IMG/VR virus record: IMGVR_UViG_3300023106_000014
Span: 1-49,000 of that record
Length of the DNA stretch: 49,000 bases
Source: a virus
Taxonomy: Duplodnaviria > Caudoviricetes
Direction: 5' to 3' (one strand)
Part shown: one piece after another, positions 1-10,030 of the stretch
Layout of the letters: each line of letters begins with the position of its first letter
Numbering within the stretch: position 1 is the stretch's first letter
Notes under the pieces: generated by a model
Databases searched by the model: none
Told to the model about the DNA's origin: nothing
Seen by the model: only the letters and a program-made list of their open reading frames with translations
Translations under genes and position numbers: made by a program

Positions 1-3000
1 CTTCACGGCGGGAAGGTGTTCGAACCCGGCATGGGCATCGGCTCCTTCGCCATGCTCATGCCTAGCGACGTGCGCGCCACCTCCCGCTACACCGGCGTGG
101 AGTTCGACGGCCCGACCGCGACCATCGCCCGCCTGCTGTCGCCCGAACAGAACATGCTGCATGACGATTTCATCAAGCGCAAATTTCCGCGCGACTACTT
201 CGACGTCGCCATCGGCAACCCGCCTTTCTCGCAAACCAAGGTCTTCGCCGACCCGGACTACGAGAAGAACGGCTTTATGCTGCATGACTTCTTCTTCGCC
301 AAGAGCATCGACCGCGTCCGTCCGGGCGGCCTGCTTGCCTTCGTGACCAGCAAGGGCACGATGGACAAGCAGACCGACAAGGCGCGCAAATACCTGTCCG
401 AGCGCGCCGATCTGCTGGGCGCGATCCGCCTGCCGTCGACCGCGTTCGAAGCGAACGCCGGCACCAGCGTCGTCACCGACGTGATCTTCCTGCGCAAACG
501 CATGGCGGGCGAGTCGCCGGCCGGCCAGCCATGGGGCAAGGTCCAGACCATCGACACCAAGGACGGCCCGGTCGTGGTGAACGAATATTTCGCCAGCCAC
601 CCGGAAATGGTGCTGGGCCAGCAACGCGTTTCGGGCAACACCGACGACGCCGGCCGCCGCATCCACAGCAACGGCCGTGGCGCCGCCCAGTACACGGTCG
701 TGTCGTACGACGCGACGCCGGCGGAGCTGGACCTGAAATTCGCCGCGGCAATCGAGCACCTGCCGCAGCGCGTCTATTCCGCCCTGGGCCAGTCCGACGC
801 CAGCGTGCGCCGGGAAACGGCCAAGGTGGACTTCGATCCGAGCGTCAAGCGAGACGGCGTGGTCTACATCGGCGACGACGGAATCGTGATGCGAGTGGAA
901 AGCGGCGTCGGCCGGCCGCTGGCCGAGTCGGCCAAGCTGACCGCCGCCGATACCGCGTGGTTCGGCGGCTACGTCGGCCTGCGCGACCTGGTGCAGGAAA
1001 CGCGCCTGGCGCAATCGACCGACGGCAACTGGGAAGCATCGCTCAAGAAGCTCAACAAGGCCTATGACGCTTTCCGCAAGGAGCACGGCCCGATCAACGA
1101 TTACCGCATCCAAGTGCGCAAATCGACCGACGAGGACGGCAAGGTCATCGAAACCGAGTCGAAGATCTTCAAAAACCGCCGCCGCTACCGCGAGGACTAC
1201 GACGCGGCCGTGCTGACCCAGCTGGAAACCATCAATGAGGCCGGCGACATCGTCAAAGCGCCTTTCCTGCTGGGCCGCACCATCGGCCTGCCGGTCACCC
1301 GCGACGTCAAGAGCATCGGCGACGCGCTGGCCGTCTCGCTCGACAGCACCGGCAAGCTGGATCTGGACGACATCGCGCGCCGCATGGGCATGGGCCGCGA
1401 GGAGGCCATCGAAGGGCTGGGCGATCAGGTGTTCCAGACCCCCGACGGGCAATGGCAACTGGCCGACGAGTACCTGTCGGGCGACGTCGTCGCCAAGCTG
1501 GAGGAGGCCGAGCAGGCCGCACGCATCGATCCGGCCCTGCGACGCAACGTCGCGGCCCTGTCCGCCGCCCAGCCCGAAAAGCTGGGGCCGTCGCAGATCA
1601 GCGCCAAACTGGGCTCGGCGTGGATTCCCGCCGCGCACGTGAACGACTTCGCCGGCGAAATCGAAGCGGGTGAAGTCTCGTTCGACCCGACCACCGAAAC
1701 CTGGCAGGTCGATGGCGGCAACCTGCGCACCGGCCGCCGCGCCGGCGCCGAATTCGGCACCGCCAAGCGCTCGCCGTCCGAACTGCTGGAAGCGGTACTC
1801 AACAGCCGTCCGCTGAAGGTGACGATGACGACGGAGGACAAGAAGACCGTCACCGACGTCGAGGCCACCACCGCCGCCAACGAGGCGGCCAAGAAGATTA
1901 AGGACAAGTTCCGTTCCTGGATCTGGACCGACGCCGAGCGCGCCGGCGAGCTGGTGGAGAGCTACAACAAGCGCTTCAACAACATCGCGCCGCGCCGCTT
2001 CGACGGTTCGCACCTGACGCTGCCGGGCGTGTCGCTGCGCTACTCGCTGCATACCCACCAGAAGAACGGCATCTGGCGCCAGATCCAGACCGGCGACACC
2101 TACCTCGCGCACGCCGTGGGCGCCGGCAAGACCATCGAGATGATCGCCGCCGGCATGGAGCAAAAGCGCCTGGGCCTGATCAAGAAACCGATGTACGTCG
2201 TGCCGAACCACATGCTGGAGCAGTTCTCCAACGAATTCCTTGAGCTCTACCCGCTGGCCAACATCATGGTGGCCGACGACGAGAACTTCTCGGCCGAGCG
2301 CCGCCGCGCCTTCATCGCCTCGGCCACGCTGAACAATCCGGACGCCGTCATCATCACCCACGACGCCTTCCAGCGCATCGGCGTCAAGGAGGAGTCGGTG
2401 GCGCCGATCCGCGACGAGATCCTCGCCGATCTGGAGATCGAGCTGTCGGAGACGGCCAAGGGCAACGACACCCGCGTGCGCCGCAGCCAGTTGGAACAGC
2501 AGATCGAGGCGGTCGGCCAGCGCTTCGACCGCATCATCGCGGCCGGCGGCAAGGATTCGACCATCAAGTTCGAAGACATCGGCGTCGACTACATCTTCGC
2601 CGACGAGGCCCATGTCTACCGCAAGCTGGACTTCCACACGTCCCAGCAGATCAAGGGCATCGATCCGAACGGCTCCAAGCGCGCGCTCGACATGTACGTC
2701 AAGACGCGCTACCTGCAGCAGCTGCGGCCGGGCCGCGCCATGACCTTCGCCTCCGGCACGCCGATCACCAACACGATGGGCGAGCTGTACACCATCATGC
2801 GCTTCTTCGCGCCGCAGGAATTGGACCGTGGCGGCATCGCCACCTTCGACTCGTGGTCGCGCATGTTCGGCGAAGTCGCCCCGGCGCTGGAGCCCAACGC
2901 CGCCGGCAAATACGAACTGGTCGAACGCTTCGCGAAATTCGACAACGTGCCGGAGCTGATGTCGCGCGTGCGCCAGTTCATGGACGTGCTGACCTCCGAG

Positions 3001-6000
3001 CACCTGGGCGCGCTGGTCAAGCGTCCGGACCTCGCCGGCGGCAAGCCGCACCTCAACATCGTAGAACCGTCCGACCAGCTGCAAGCGTACATGGCCTCCG
3101 AGCTGGGGCCGCGCATCGAGCGCTCCAAGCGCTGGAAGCCGACCAAGGAGCAGCCGAACAACCCTGATCCGATCGTGGCGATCATCACCGATGGCCGTTT
3201 CGCCGCGCTCGATCCGCGCTTCTTCGGCGGCAAGCTGGAAGCGGGGGAGTCGAGCATCCTGACCGAGATGGCGGCCAAGGTCGTCGCGACCCACCACGCC
3301 ACGGCGAACAATGTCTATCTGGACAAGGCCGGCAAGCCGGAACCGATCAAGGGATCGACCCAGATGGTGTTCTACAATCTGGGCTTCGGCGAGCAGTCGC
3401 AGGCCAATCGCGGCTTCAACTCGCGCGCCGCCTTCACCAAGCTGCTAGTCGACGGCGGCATCCCGCGCGCGCAAATCGCATGGTTCGAGGACGCCAACAC
3501 GGACGCCAAAAAGGAGGTGGTGTTCAAGGGCATGCGCAGCGGCCAGATCCGCGTGCTGATCGGCTCGGCGAAGAAGATGGGCACCGGCGTGAACGCGCAA
3601 AAACGGCTCATCAAGCTGCACTACCAGGATCCGCCATGGTTCCCGTCCGACGTCGAGCAGCCGCACGGACGCATCATCCGCCAAGGCAATCAAAACGACG
3701 AGGTCGGCATCGACTGGTACACCACGAAAGGCACCTATCAATCGACCATGTGGCAGATGGTCGGGCGCAAGCAGCGTTTCATCGACCAGGCATTCACCGG
3801 CGACAAGTCGTTGCGCAGCATGGACGACCTGGGCGAGGCCTCGCTGTTCGAACAGGCCGCCGCCGTGGCGTCGGGCGACCCGCGCGCGCTTCAACTTGCG
3901 GGCCTGAAACAGGAAGTGGCCCGTCTGGAGCGCCTGCAGGCGGCGCACGCGAACGAACAGATCGCCGTGCGCAACGCGATGCAGGGCGCCGAGTGGGCGC
4001 AGCAATCGGCCACCCGCGCCATCGACACCAACGGCGCCGCCTTCAAGGTGCTCGGCGAGCGCCATTTCGCCTTCGCCGCCGGCGACGTGCTGGGCGTGTC
4101 CTACGACAAGCCGGGCGAATTCGGCCAGGCGTTGAAGGACGCCTTCAACGCCACCGCCGCCCGGTCCGAGGCGGGCAGGAAGCCGCTGCAGGACGTTAAG
4201 GTCGCGCAACTAGCCGACGGCATCGCGCTGACGATGGACAGCGTGGTGGACAGCAAGGGTAAGAAGACCGGCGACATGGACCTGTCGATCCACATCGGCG
4301 ACTTGACCATTGCCTTCTCCACGGCGCCGAGCATGGGGGCGCAGATCGATGCCGCCGGCTTCTCCCGCCGGGTGTTCAACGCCATCAACGGCGTCGAAAC
4401 GGATCTGCGCCGCGCGCGCACCGAGCTGAAGGACGCCGAAACCGACCTGGTGCGCCTGCGTAAGAAGCGCGGGGCCCCATTCGAGCACCAGCAGGAGCTG
4501 GCCGAAAAATACGGCGACTTGCAGCGACTGGAAGAGGAATTGCGTCAGGAAGGCGTGGCCGCCTCCGCCGCCATGGGCGCGCAGCTGGACGCTCAGGACG
4601 CGGCGGCCGCCGCAGCCGTGGCGGCGAGCGGCGAGGAGCGTGCGGAGGAGGAGAGCGGCGACACCCGGTTCAGCCGGGACGCGGACTACTTCCGCGACGA
4701 CGGCGCGTTCTCGCCGGAGCTGATCCCGGCAGAGGACGGCGCCGGCGACGCCGCGCCCGGCGAGCTGCCGGGCCGCGAGCTGATCGAGGCGCGCAAGGAC
4801 ACCGAGCGCCTGAACCGCAACCTCATCGGGCAAGGCATCGCGCCGGTGCGCACGCTGCGCGCCGCGCCGAACGCGCACTACGCGCTGGCCCGCCAAGTGG
4901 GACGCGCGCTGGGCTTCAAGGTGCACTTCGTCAGCGCCAACGAAGATTTCCAGGGCGTCGCCACCAACGGCGTCGCGTTCCTGGCAGCCGGCATGCGCAA
5001 TCCCGCGCTGGCGATCGCCGGCCACGAGGTGCTGCACGCGATGGAACAAAGCAATCCCGAGATGGGCGCGCAGCTGCGCACGCGGATCCGCGCCTATCTG
5101 AAGGACGGCGCGGTCGGCAACCGGCAGGCGCGCGAACACATCGCCAGCGGCTTCCAGGATGTCACCGAAGAGGCCGCCGAGGGCGAGGTGCTGGCCGACA
5201 TCAACGGCGCCATGTGGCTCGACCCGCAGTTCTGGTCCGACCTGGCGCAAGCGGACCGTTCGTTGTTCCGCACCGTGGCCTACAAGTTCATGGAGCTGGC
5301 GGCCAAGGCGATCGGCGCGCTGCGGTCGGCGCGCTTCGACGTGGCGCAGCTGGTCACCGACGTGGACGCGGTGCGCGCCATCATGGTGTCGACCTGGGCG
5401 CAACACGCGCGCGGCGTCGACCGTGCGGCCGGGAGTGCCTCGGCGTCGAGCTTCTCGCGCGAGGACGGCGACACGACGGCCGGCCTGGCCGCCGCCAAGG
5501 ACGCCGATCGCCAATTCGCCGAGGCTGAATTACAATACGGCGGTCGGGAGGCGTACGACGCCATCAAGGCGGCCGGCGCGACCGCGTTGTCCTACCCGCA
5601 ATGGGTGATGACCAAAACCCCGAATTTCAAGCAATTCTATGGCGACTGGGAGGCCAATAATGGAGCAATCGACGCAGACCGATCCGTTCACGCGGGCGTG
5701 CCGCGAGGCGGTGACGCAGGACGAGTTCACGGCGGCGCTGATGCTGCTGCCGGAAGCGCCCCCGCCTTCCCTGGACAGTCCGGACCCGTTCGAACGACTG
5801 GAGGCGCTGCAAAATCTGCCGCGATCGAGCCGGCCATCTACTATCACGGCACCCGCGACGACGTCGATGCCTTCGACCTGAGCCACGCCGGCCGTAAAGA
5901 CAACGGCTGGCTGGGCACCGGCGTCTACGCCACCAGCGACAACTGGCTGGCCGAGTCGTACGCCAGCCTCAAGCAGGGGGAGCAAGGTCCGAACATCATG

Positions 6001-9000
6001 CCGCTTTTCATGGCGGTCAAAAATCCATTCGTGGCCACCGCGCAGCTGAAGAACCGCCTGAAGCTCGCCTCCCGCGAGAAAATCAACGAGTTCACGGCGG
6101 ATCTGGCGGCGCGCGGCTACGACGGCGTGGTGCTGAACTTCGCCGACGGCAGTCAGGAGCTGGTTGCCTTCAACCCGGCCGCCGCCAAGTCGGCCGTCGG
6201 CAACAATGGCGCCTTCGACGCCGGAAACGCCGATCTGCGCTTTAGCCGCGGTAACCTAGCGGAGACGTTGGCCAACGCCGCCAACGCGATTCAAGATGTC
6301 CGTCTGCCTGCGAGCTATCTGGTCGGCGACCTGTTCAACCAGTCGGGCAAGATCAGCTGGTGGCACAAGACCATCGGCACGATGGAGAACCTGGCGAAGC
6401 GCCAAACGGCCTTCCGCCCGGTCTACGAGGCGGTGCAGGACTTCCTGGGCGACGTCTCGCGCTACGGCGTTCTGGCGGCCGACCAGGCCCCGACGCTGCT
6501 GCCGAAGCTGGAAGACATCGCCGACGTCATCGGCAAGCACCGCAAGAAGCCCCTGACGGCCGCCGACACCAAGGCGATCGGCGCGCCGATCTTCGAAGGC
6601 ACCTTGACCTGGGCGCGCGACGCCCATGGCGACGCGGTCAAGGTGGCGGAGCTGGAGGCGCAGGCCGAAAAGATGACCAGCGCCCAGAAAGCCCAGATCC
6701 TGATCGCAAAGGGCGTGATCGACGACGCCCAGAACCAGGCATGGCTCAGCAGCCCATTGGACTTCTACGACAACGTCATCAACAAGAAGTTCGCGACGAC
6801 GCAGCTGGCCGCCGGCGTGGTCTGGACCGACGCTGAGCTGCGTGCGCTGTTCCATCTAAACGACGGGCAAATCGCCCTGTACCGCGAGTTCCGCGCCGCG
6901 CTCGACAAGAGCCTGACCAACCTGACCATCTCCGAAATGGTCAAGCTGGGCGGCAAGGACGCGCTCGGCACGCTCGATCGCGCGATCGCCGCGCCCGACT
7001 TGGCAGCCGCCGCCGCGCAGCTGCGCGACCACTTCGTGGAGCTGGCCCGCATGCACCCGCAGCAGGCCGACATGCACCTCGACACGGCCAAGCAGATCAT
7101 GGATCTGGGCGACCGGGGGCAAGACCTGATGGATCGCGGCTACGCGCCGCTGTCGCGCTTCGGCCAGTACACCGTCTACGTGCAGGAGGACGGGGAGCAG
7201 GTGTATTTCGGCATGTTCGAAACCCAGCACGAGGCCAGCCGGATGGCGCGGCGGATGCGCGTCGACCACCCCGGCGCGGACGTCACCCACGGCACCGTGT
7301 CGGAAGACGCCTATAAACTGTTCGCCGGCGTGTCGCCGGAGACGATCGAACTGTTCGGATCGATGGTCGGACTCGACAGCCAGGGCGACGCGGCCAGCAC
7401 CGAGGTGTATCAGGCATACCTGAAGATGGCAAAGAACAACCGCAGCGCCATGAAGCGCATGATCCAGCGCAAGGGCATCGCCGGGTTCTCCGAGGACGCG
7501 GGCCGCGTGCTGGCCGGCTTCATCTACTCCAACGCCCGCCTGACCGCCGGCAACGCCCACCTGGGCGAGGTGGACGTGGCGATCACCGCTATTCCGAAGC
7601 AGGAGGGCGAGCTGACGGACGCGGCGATGCAGTTGCGCGAGTCGATCCGCAACCCGGCCGGCGCCAACAAGCTGGGCGGGCTGATGTTCGCGCAGTTCCT
7701 GGGCGGCTCGGTGGCCTCGGCGATGGTCAACTTGACCCAGCCGTTGACCATGACGCTGCCGTACCTGAGCCAATACGGCGGCCTGGCCAAGGCCGCCAAG
7801 CGGCTGACGGCGGCCGTGCGCGACGCGGCCAAGGACAGCACCGGCGAGGCGCACCTCGACCAGGCGCTGCAATGGGCGGCCGACGAGGGCATCGTGGCGC
7901 CACAAGAGATCCACTACCTGCAGGCGCAGGCGTCGGGCAAGGGCGCGCTGCGCTCGGGCGATGGCACGCGCGCCGGCGACACCCGCGCCGCGCTCAACAA
8001 CACCATGGCGAAGGTGCAACTGGGCTGGGGCAAGCTGTTCTCCATGGCCGAGCTGGCCAACCGCCGCGTGACCTTCATCGCGGCCTACCGCACGGCGATC
8101 GAGCAGGGCATCGCGGATCCGGCCAAGTTCGCCGAACAGAGCGTGTCGCAGACGCAAGGCACGTACAACAGCGGCAACAAGCCGCGCTGGGCGCGCGGCG
8201 CGATCGGCGGCCTGTTGATGACCTTCAAGCAGTATTCGATTGGATACCTGGAGCTGCTGACCCGCATGGCGAGCGCCGGCGAGAAGGGTTCCAAGGAGCG
8301 GGCGGCGGGCCAGCGCGGCGCGCTGTACATGATCGCCGTGCTGTTCCTGATGGCCGGCGCCGACGGCCTGCCGTTCGAACAGGACATCGAGGACGCGATC
8401 GACGGCGCGCTACAACGGCTGGGTTACAACTTCTCGACCAAGCGCGCCAAGCAGGAATTCCTGACCGACGTGCTGGGGGAGGGCGGCGCCGACTTCGCGT
8501 TGAAGGGCATCTCCAGCATGCCGGGCATGCCGATCGACGTGGCCGGCCGTTTCGGCATGGGCAACCTGCTCCCGGCGACGGGGCTGTTGACGAAAAAGGA
8601 GTCTTACACGCAGGATCTGGGCGAGCTGGCCGGCCCGGCCGGCGACGTGGCCAAGCGCGCCTTCTCGGCCGCCGGCAAGCTGCTGGGCGGCGATATCGCC
8701 GGCGCCGCGCTGGAGTCGTCGCCGGCGGCGGTGCGCAACGCCGCCAAGGGCGTGGACATGCTGGCCACCGGCGCTTACAAGGACAAGCGCGGCTACAAGA
8801 TCAACGATGTGAGCGCCACCGAGGGCTTGATGAAGGTGATTGGCTTCCAGCCCAACAGCACGGCCAACATCCAGGATGTCAAGGGGCAGGCGCTCAACAT
8901 GATCGCCCAGAACCGCATGCGCTCGACTGAGATCCAGGAGCACTGGGCGCAGGGCATCGCCGCCGGCGATCCGGACACGGTGCGGGAGGCGCGCGCCTGG

Positions 9001-9177
9001 CGCGACGACTGGAACGACAAGAACCCAGAGACGCCGATCCGCGTCAACCTGCCTGCGATCTACAAGCGGGTGCGCGGCATGCGCCAGGACGCGGTCAACC
9101 GGACGCAGAAAACCGCGCCGGCGGCGTTGAAGGCGACGGTGCGCGCCGAGCTGCAGGAGGTGCGCGCCAACCGCTAA
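1..9177 (+). CDS. darB: Giant DarB-like polyvalent protein (N6-adenine MTase + SNF2/SF2 helicase + HExxH domain + ART-PolyVal-like ADP-ribosyltransferase + PLxRFG domain); 5'-truncated by window edge
   Basis: Frame open from base 1. Motifs: EPGMGIG (SAM binding), NPPF (MTase motif IV), AHAVGAGKT (Walker A), DEAH, SGTP, GHEVLH, YYHGT..GVYATS..GYDGVV..E (ART-like), YAPLSRFG. Confidence 0.9.
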   Translation, partial: LHGGKVFEPGMGIGSFAMLMPSDVRATSRYTGVEFDGPTATIARLLSPEQNMLHDDFIKRKFPRDYFDVAIGNPPFSQTKVFADPDYEKNGFMLHDFFFAKSIDRVRPGGLLAFVTSKGTMDKQTDKARKYLSERADLLGAIRLPSTAFEANAGTSVVTDVIFLRKRMAGESPAGQPWGKVQTIDTKDGPVVVNEYFASHPEMVLGQQRVSGNTDDAGRRIHSNGRGAAQYTVVSYDATPAELDLKFAAAIEHLPQRVYSALGQSDASVRRETAKVDFDPSVKRDGVVYIGDDGIVMRVESGVGRPLAESAKLTAADTAWFGGYVGLRDLVQETRLAQSTDGNWEASLKKLNKAYDAFRKEHGPINDYRIQVRKSTDEDGKVIETESKIFKNRRRYREDYDAAVLTQLETINEAGDIVKAPFLLGRTIGLPVTRDVKSIGDALAVSLDSTGKLDLDDIARRMGMGREEAIEGLGDQVFQTPDGQWQLADEYLSGDVVAKLEEAEQAARIDPALRRNVAALSAAQPEKLGPSQISAKLGSAWIPAAHVNDFAGEIEAGEVSFDPTTETWQVDGGNLRTGRRAGAEFGTAKRSPSELLEAVLNSRPLKVTMTTEDKKTVTDVEATTAANEAAKKIKDKFRSWIWTDAERAGELVESYNKRFNNIAPRRFDGSHLTLPGVSLRYSLHTHQKNGIWRQIQTGDTYLAHAVGAGKTIEMIAAGMEQKRLGLIKKPMYVVPNHMLEQFSNEFLELYPLANIMVADDENFSAERRRAFIASATLNNPDAVIITHDAFQRIGVKEESVAPIRDEILADLEIELSETAKGNDTRVRRSQLEQQIEAVGQRFDRIIAAGGKDSTIKFEDIGVDYIFADEAHVYRKLDFHTSQQIKGIDPNGSKRALDMYVKTRYLQQLRPGRAMTFASGTPITNTMGELYTIMRFFAPQELDRGGIATFDSWSRMFGEVAPALEPNAAGKYELVERFAKFDNVPELMSRVRQFMDVLTSEHLGALVKRPDLAGGKPHLNIVEPSDQLQAYMASELGPRIERSKRWKPTKEQPNNPDPIVAIITDGRFAALDPRFFGGKLEAGESSILTEMAAKVVATHHATANNVYLDKAGKPEPIKGSTQMVFYNLGFGEQSQANRGFNSRAAFTKLLVDGGIPRAQIAWFEDANTDAKKEVVFKGMRSGQIRVLIGSAKKMGTGVNAQKRLIKLHYQDPPWFPSDVEQPHGRIIRQGNQNDEVGIDWYTTKGTYQSTMWQMVGRKQRFIDQAFTGDKSLRSMDDLGEASLFEQAAAVASGDPRALQLAGLKQEVARLERLQAAHANEQIAVRNAMQGAEWAQQSATRAIDTNGAAFKVLGERHFAFAAGDVLGVSYDKPGEFGQALKDAFNATAARSEAGRKPLQDVKVAQLADGIALTMDSVVDSKGKKTGDMDLSIHIGDLTIAFSTAPSMGAQIDAAGFSRRVFNAINGVETDLRRARTELKDAETDLVRLRKKRGAPFEHQQELAEKYGDLQRLEEELRQEGVAASAAMGAQLDAQDAAAAAAVAASGEERAEEESGDTRFSRDADYFRDDGAFSPELIPAEDGAGDAAPGELPGRELIEARKDTERLNRNLIGQGIAPVRTLRAAPNAHYALARQVGRALGFKVHFVSANEDFQGVATNGVAFLAAGMRNPALAIAGHEVLHAMEQSNPEMGAQLRTRIRAYLKDGAVGNRQAREHIASGFQDVTEEAAEGEVLADINGAMWLDPQFWSDLAQADRSLFRTVAYKFMELAAKAIGALRSARFDVAQLVTDVDAVRAIMVSTWAQHARGVDRAAGSASASSFSREDGDTTAGLAAAKDADRQFAEAELQYGGREAYDAIKAAGATALSYPQWVMTKTPNFKQFYGDWEANNGAIDADRSVHAGVPRGGDAGRVHGGADAAAGSAPAFPGQSGPVRTTGGAAKSAAIEPAIYYHGTRDDVDAFDLSHAGRKDNGWLGTGVYATSDNWLAESYASLKQGEQGPNIMPLFMAVKNPFVATAQLKNRLKLASREKINEFTADLAARGYDGVVLNFADGSQELVAFNPAAAKSAVGNNGAFDAGNADLRFSRGNLAETLANAANAIQDVRLPASYLVGDLFNQSGKISWWHKTIGTMENLAKRQTAFRPVYEAVQDFLGDVSRYGVLAADQAPTLLPKLEDIADVIGKHRKKPLTAADTKAIGAPIFEGTLTWARDAHGDAVKVAELEAQAEKMTSAQKAQILIAKGVIDDAQNQAWLSSPLDFYDNVINKKFATTQLAAGVVWTDAELRALFHLNDGQIALYREFRAALDKSLTNLTISEMVKLGGKDALGTLDRAIAAPDLAAAAAQLRDHFVELARMHPQQADMHLDTAKQIMDLGDRGQDLMDRGYAPLSRFGQYTVYVQEDGEQVYFGMFETQHEASRMARRMRVDHPGADVTHGTVSEDAYKLFAGVSPETIELFGSMVGLDSQGDAASTEVYQAYLKMAKNNRSAMKRMIQRKGIAGFSEDAGRVLAGFIYSNARLTAGNAHLGEVDVAITAIPKQEGELTDAAMQLRESIRNPAGANKLGGLMFAQFLGGSVASAMVNLTQPLTMTLPYLSQYGGLAKAAKRLTAAVRDAAKDSTGEAHLDQALQWAADEGIVAPQEIHYLQAQASGKGALRSGDGTRAGDTRAALNNTMAKVQLGWGKLFSMAELANRRVTFIAAYRTAIEQGIADPAKFAEQSVSQTQGTYNSGNKPRWARGAIGGLLMTFKQYSIGYLELLTRMASAGEKGSKERAAGQRGALYMIAVLFLMAGADGLPFEQDIEDAIDGALQRLGYNFSTKRAKQEFLTDVLGEGGADFALKGISSMPGMPIDVAGRFGMGNLLPATGLLTKKESYTQDLGELAGPAGDVAKRAFSAAGKLLGGDIAGAALESSPAAVRNAAKGVDMLATGAYKDKRGYKINDVSATEGLMKVIGFQPNSTANIQDVKGQALNMIAQNRMRSTEIQEHWAQGIAAGDPDTVREARAWRDDWNDKNPETPIRVNLPAIYKRVRGMRQDAVNRTQKTAPAALKATVRAELQEVRANR
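5660..5881 (+). CDS. Putative 73-aa overlapping gene nested in the +1 frame of darB
   Basis: GGGAGG RBS at 5648-5653, 6 nt before ATG 5660. GC-rich third-codon bias moves into this frame, and the host frame reads as a G/A/R/P low-complexity linker. Confidence 0.65.
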   Translation: MEQSTQTDPFTRACREAVTQDEFTAALMLLPEAPPPSLDSPDPFERLEALQNLPRSSRPSTITAPATTSMPST

Positions 9178-9216
9178 GCCGGTATCGTTGCGACAAAATG
9201 CCATTTTCGTTAAAGT

Positions 9217-9247
9217 AAAAAAGCCCCGGTAATTCCGGGGCTTTTTT
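9217..9247. terminator. Bidirectional intrinsic terminator between convergent darB and sprT
   Basis: AAAAAAGCCCCGG-TAATT-CCGGGGCTTTTTT. Confidence 0.9.
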
Positions 9248-9259
9248 CGTTAAACGACG

Positions 9260-10021
9260 TTACTGCTCATCGAATGTGGCATGGCATTCACCACAAATAA
9301 TGTTGAGGTTTGGTTTCCCCCAAACCGCGATCGGATCCTCGCATTTACAGGTGTACTTGGAGCGGTTGCTTTTATTGGGTGAAGCGGTCGACGCCGGTGT
9401 CACGATGTCGGCGCCGCCGGCGGTCGCAGCCGGAATGAGGATGGCAGATTCAGGGAGGTCGAGTACCAAGCCGGGTGTGGCGGCGCCTGACATCGAGGGC
9501 GTATGCGATGAAAACCTGTCGTACCACGAGATCTTAAAGTCCTTCGTCAATAAATCACGGCATACCTGCAAGAACCTGCCTCCCTCGATCGGATAGTCGG
9601 CGACTTTGTCGCCGGTCTTCTTTCCACCAGGTAGTCCGGTCGAAGACGGCATCAAGCCGATCGACTCCATCTTATCCCCCCATTGTTTATCGTGATAGCG
9701 TCCGCGCGACGGAGCTCCATGCTGATGCTGCCATAGGTGCACCATTTCATGCGCGATAGTGGCCATGACTTCCACGAGAGGAACGACCGCAAAATACGCC
9801 GGGTTGAGGGCAATTTCGTGCAGCTCTTCCTTGGCAAGATTCCCGAATCGCGCTGCGGAAAAATAGCCCATCGTGCGCTCCTTGCGCTGCAAGGTGAGTA
9901 GACAATCAGCCAGGCTGTTATCGAACAACTCAGTATTGAAGGTATCGTAGGCTAATTGCAGCTCTGAGTAGACTTGAGCGGTGGGCTTGAGTAGGGAAAT
10001 TTTAGTGGTAGCTGTGGTCAT
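9260..10021 (-). CDS. SprT-like zinc metalloprotease (plasmid Mpr-type)
   Basis: IALNP, HEMVH zinc motif, YHDKQW, GLMPSSTGLPGGKKTG, C-terminal CxC/CxxC; start reassigned to MTTATT. Confidence 0.85.
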   Translation of the reverse strand: MTTATTKISLLKPTAQVYSELQLAYDTFNTELFDNSLADCLLTLQRKERTMGYFSAARFGNLAKEELHEIALNPAYFAVVPLVEVMATIAHEMVHLWQHQHGAPSRGRYHDKQWGDKMESIGLMPSSTGLPGGKKTGDKVADYPIEGGRFLQVCRDLLTKDFKISWYDRFSSHTPSMSGAATPGLVLDLPESAILIPAATAGGADIVTPASTASPNKSNRSKYTCKCEDPIAVWGKPNLNIICGECHATFDEQ

Positions 10022-10030
10022 GGCGTTGAA

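Noticed and set aside
161-9204. Many long alternative-frame and antisense ORFs over darB (e.g. 4210-5514-, 6856-8157-, 7872-8930+)
   Set aside because: Expected shadow ORFs in high-GC DNA: Arg/Gly/Ala-rich, no RBS, codon bias stays in the darB frame. Only 5660-5881 shows an RBS plus a bias switch
9204-9254. TTTTCGTTAAA direct repeat flanking the terminator, resembling a target-site duplication
   Set aside because: Only 11 bp, partly made of the terminator U-tract, with no mobile element between the copies
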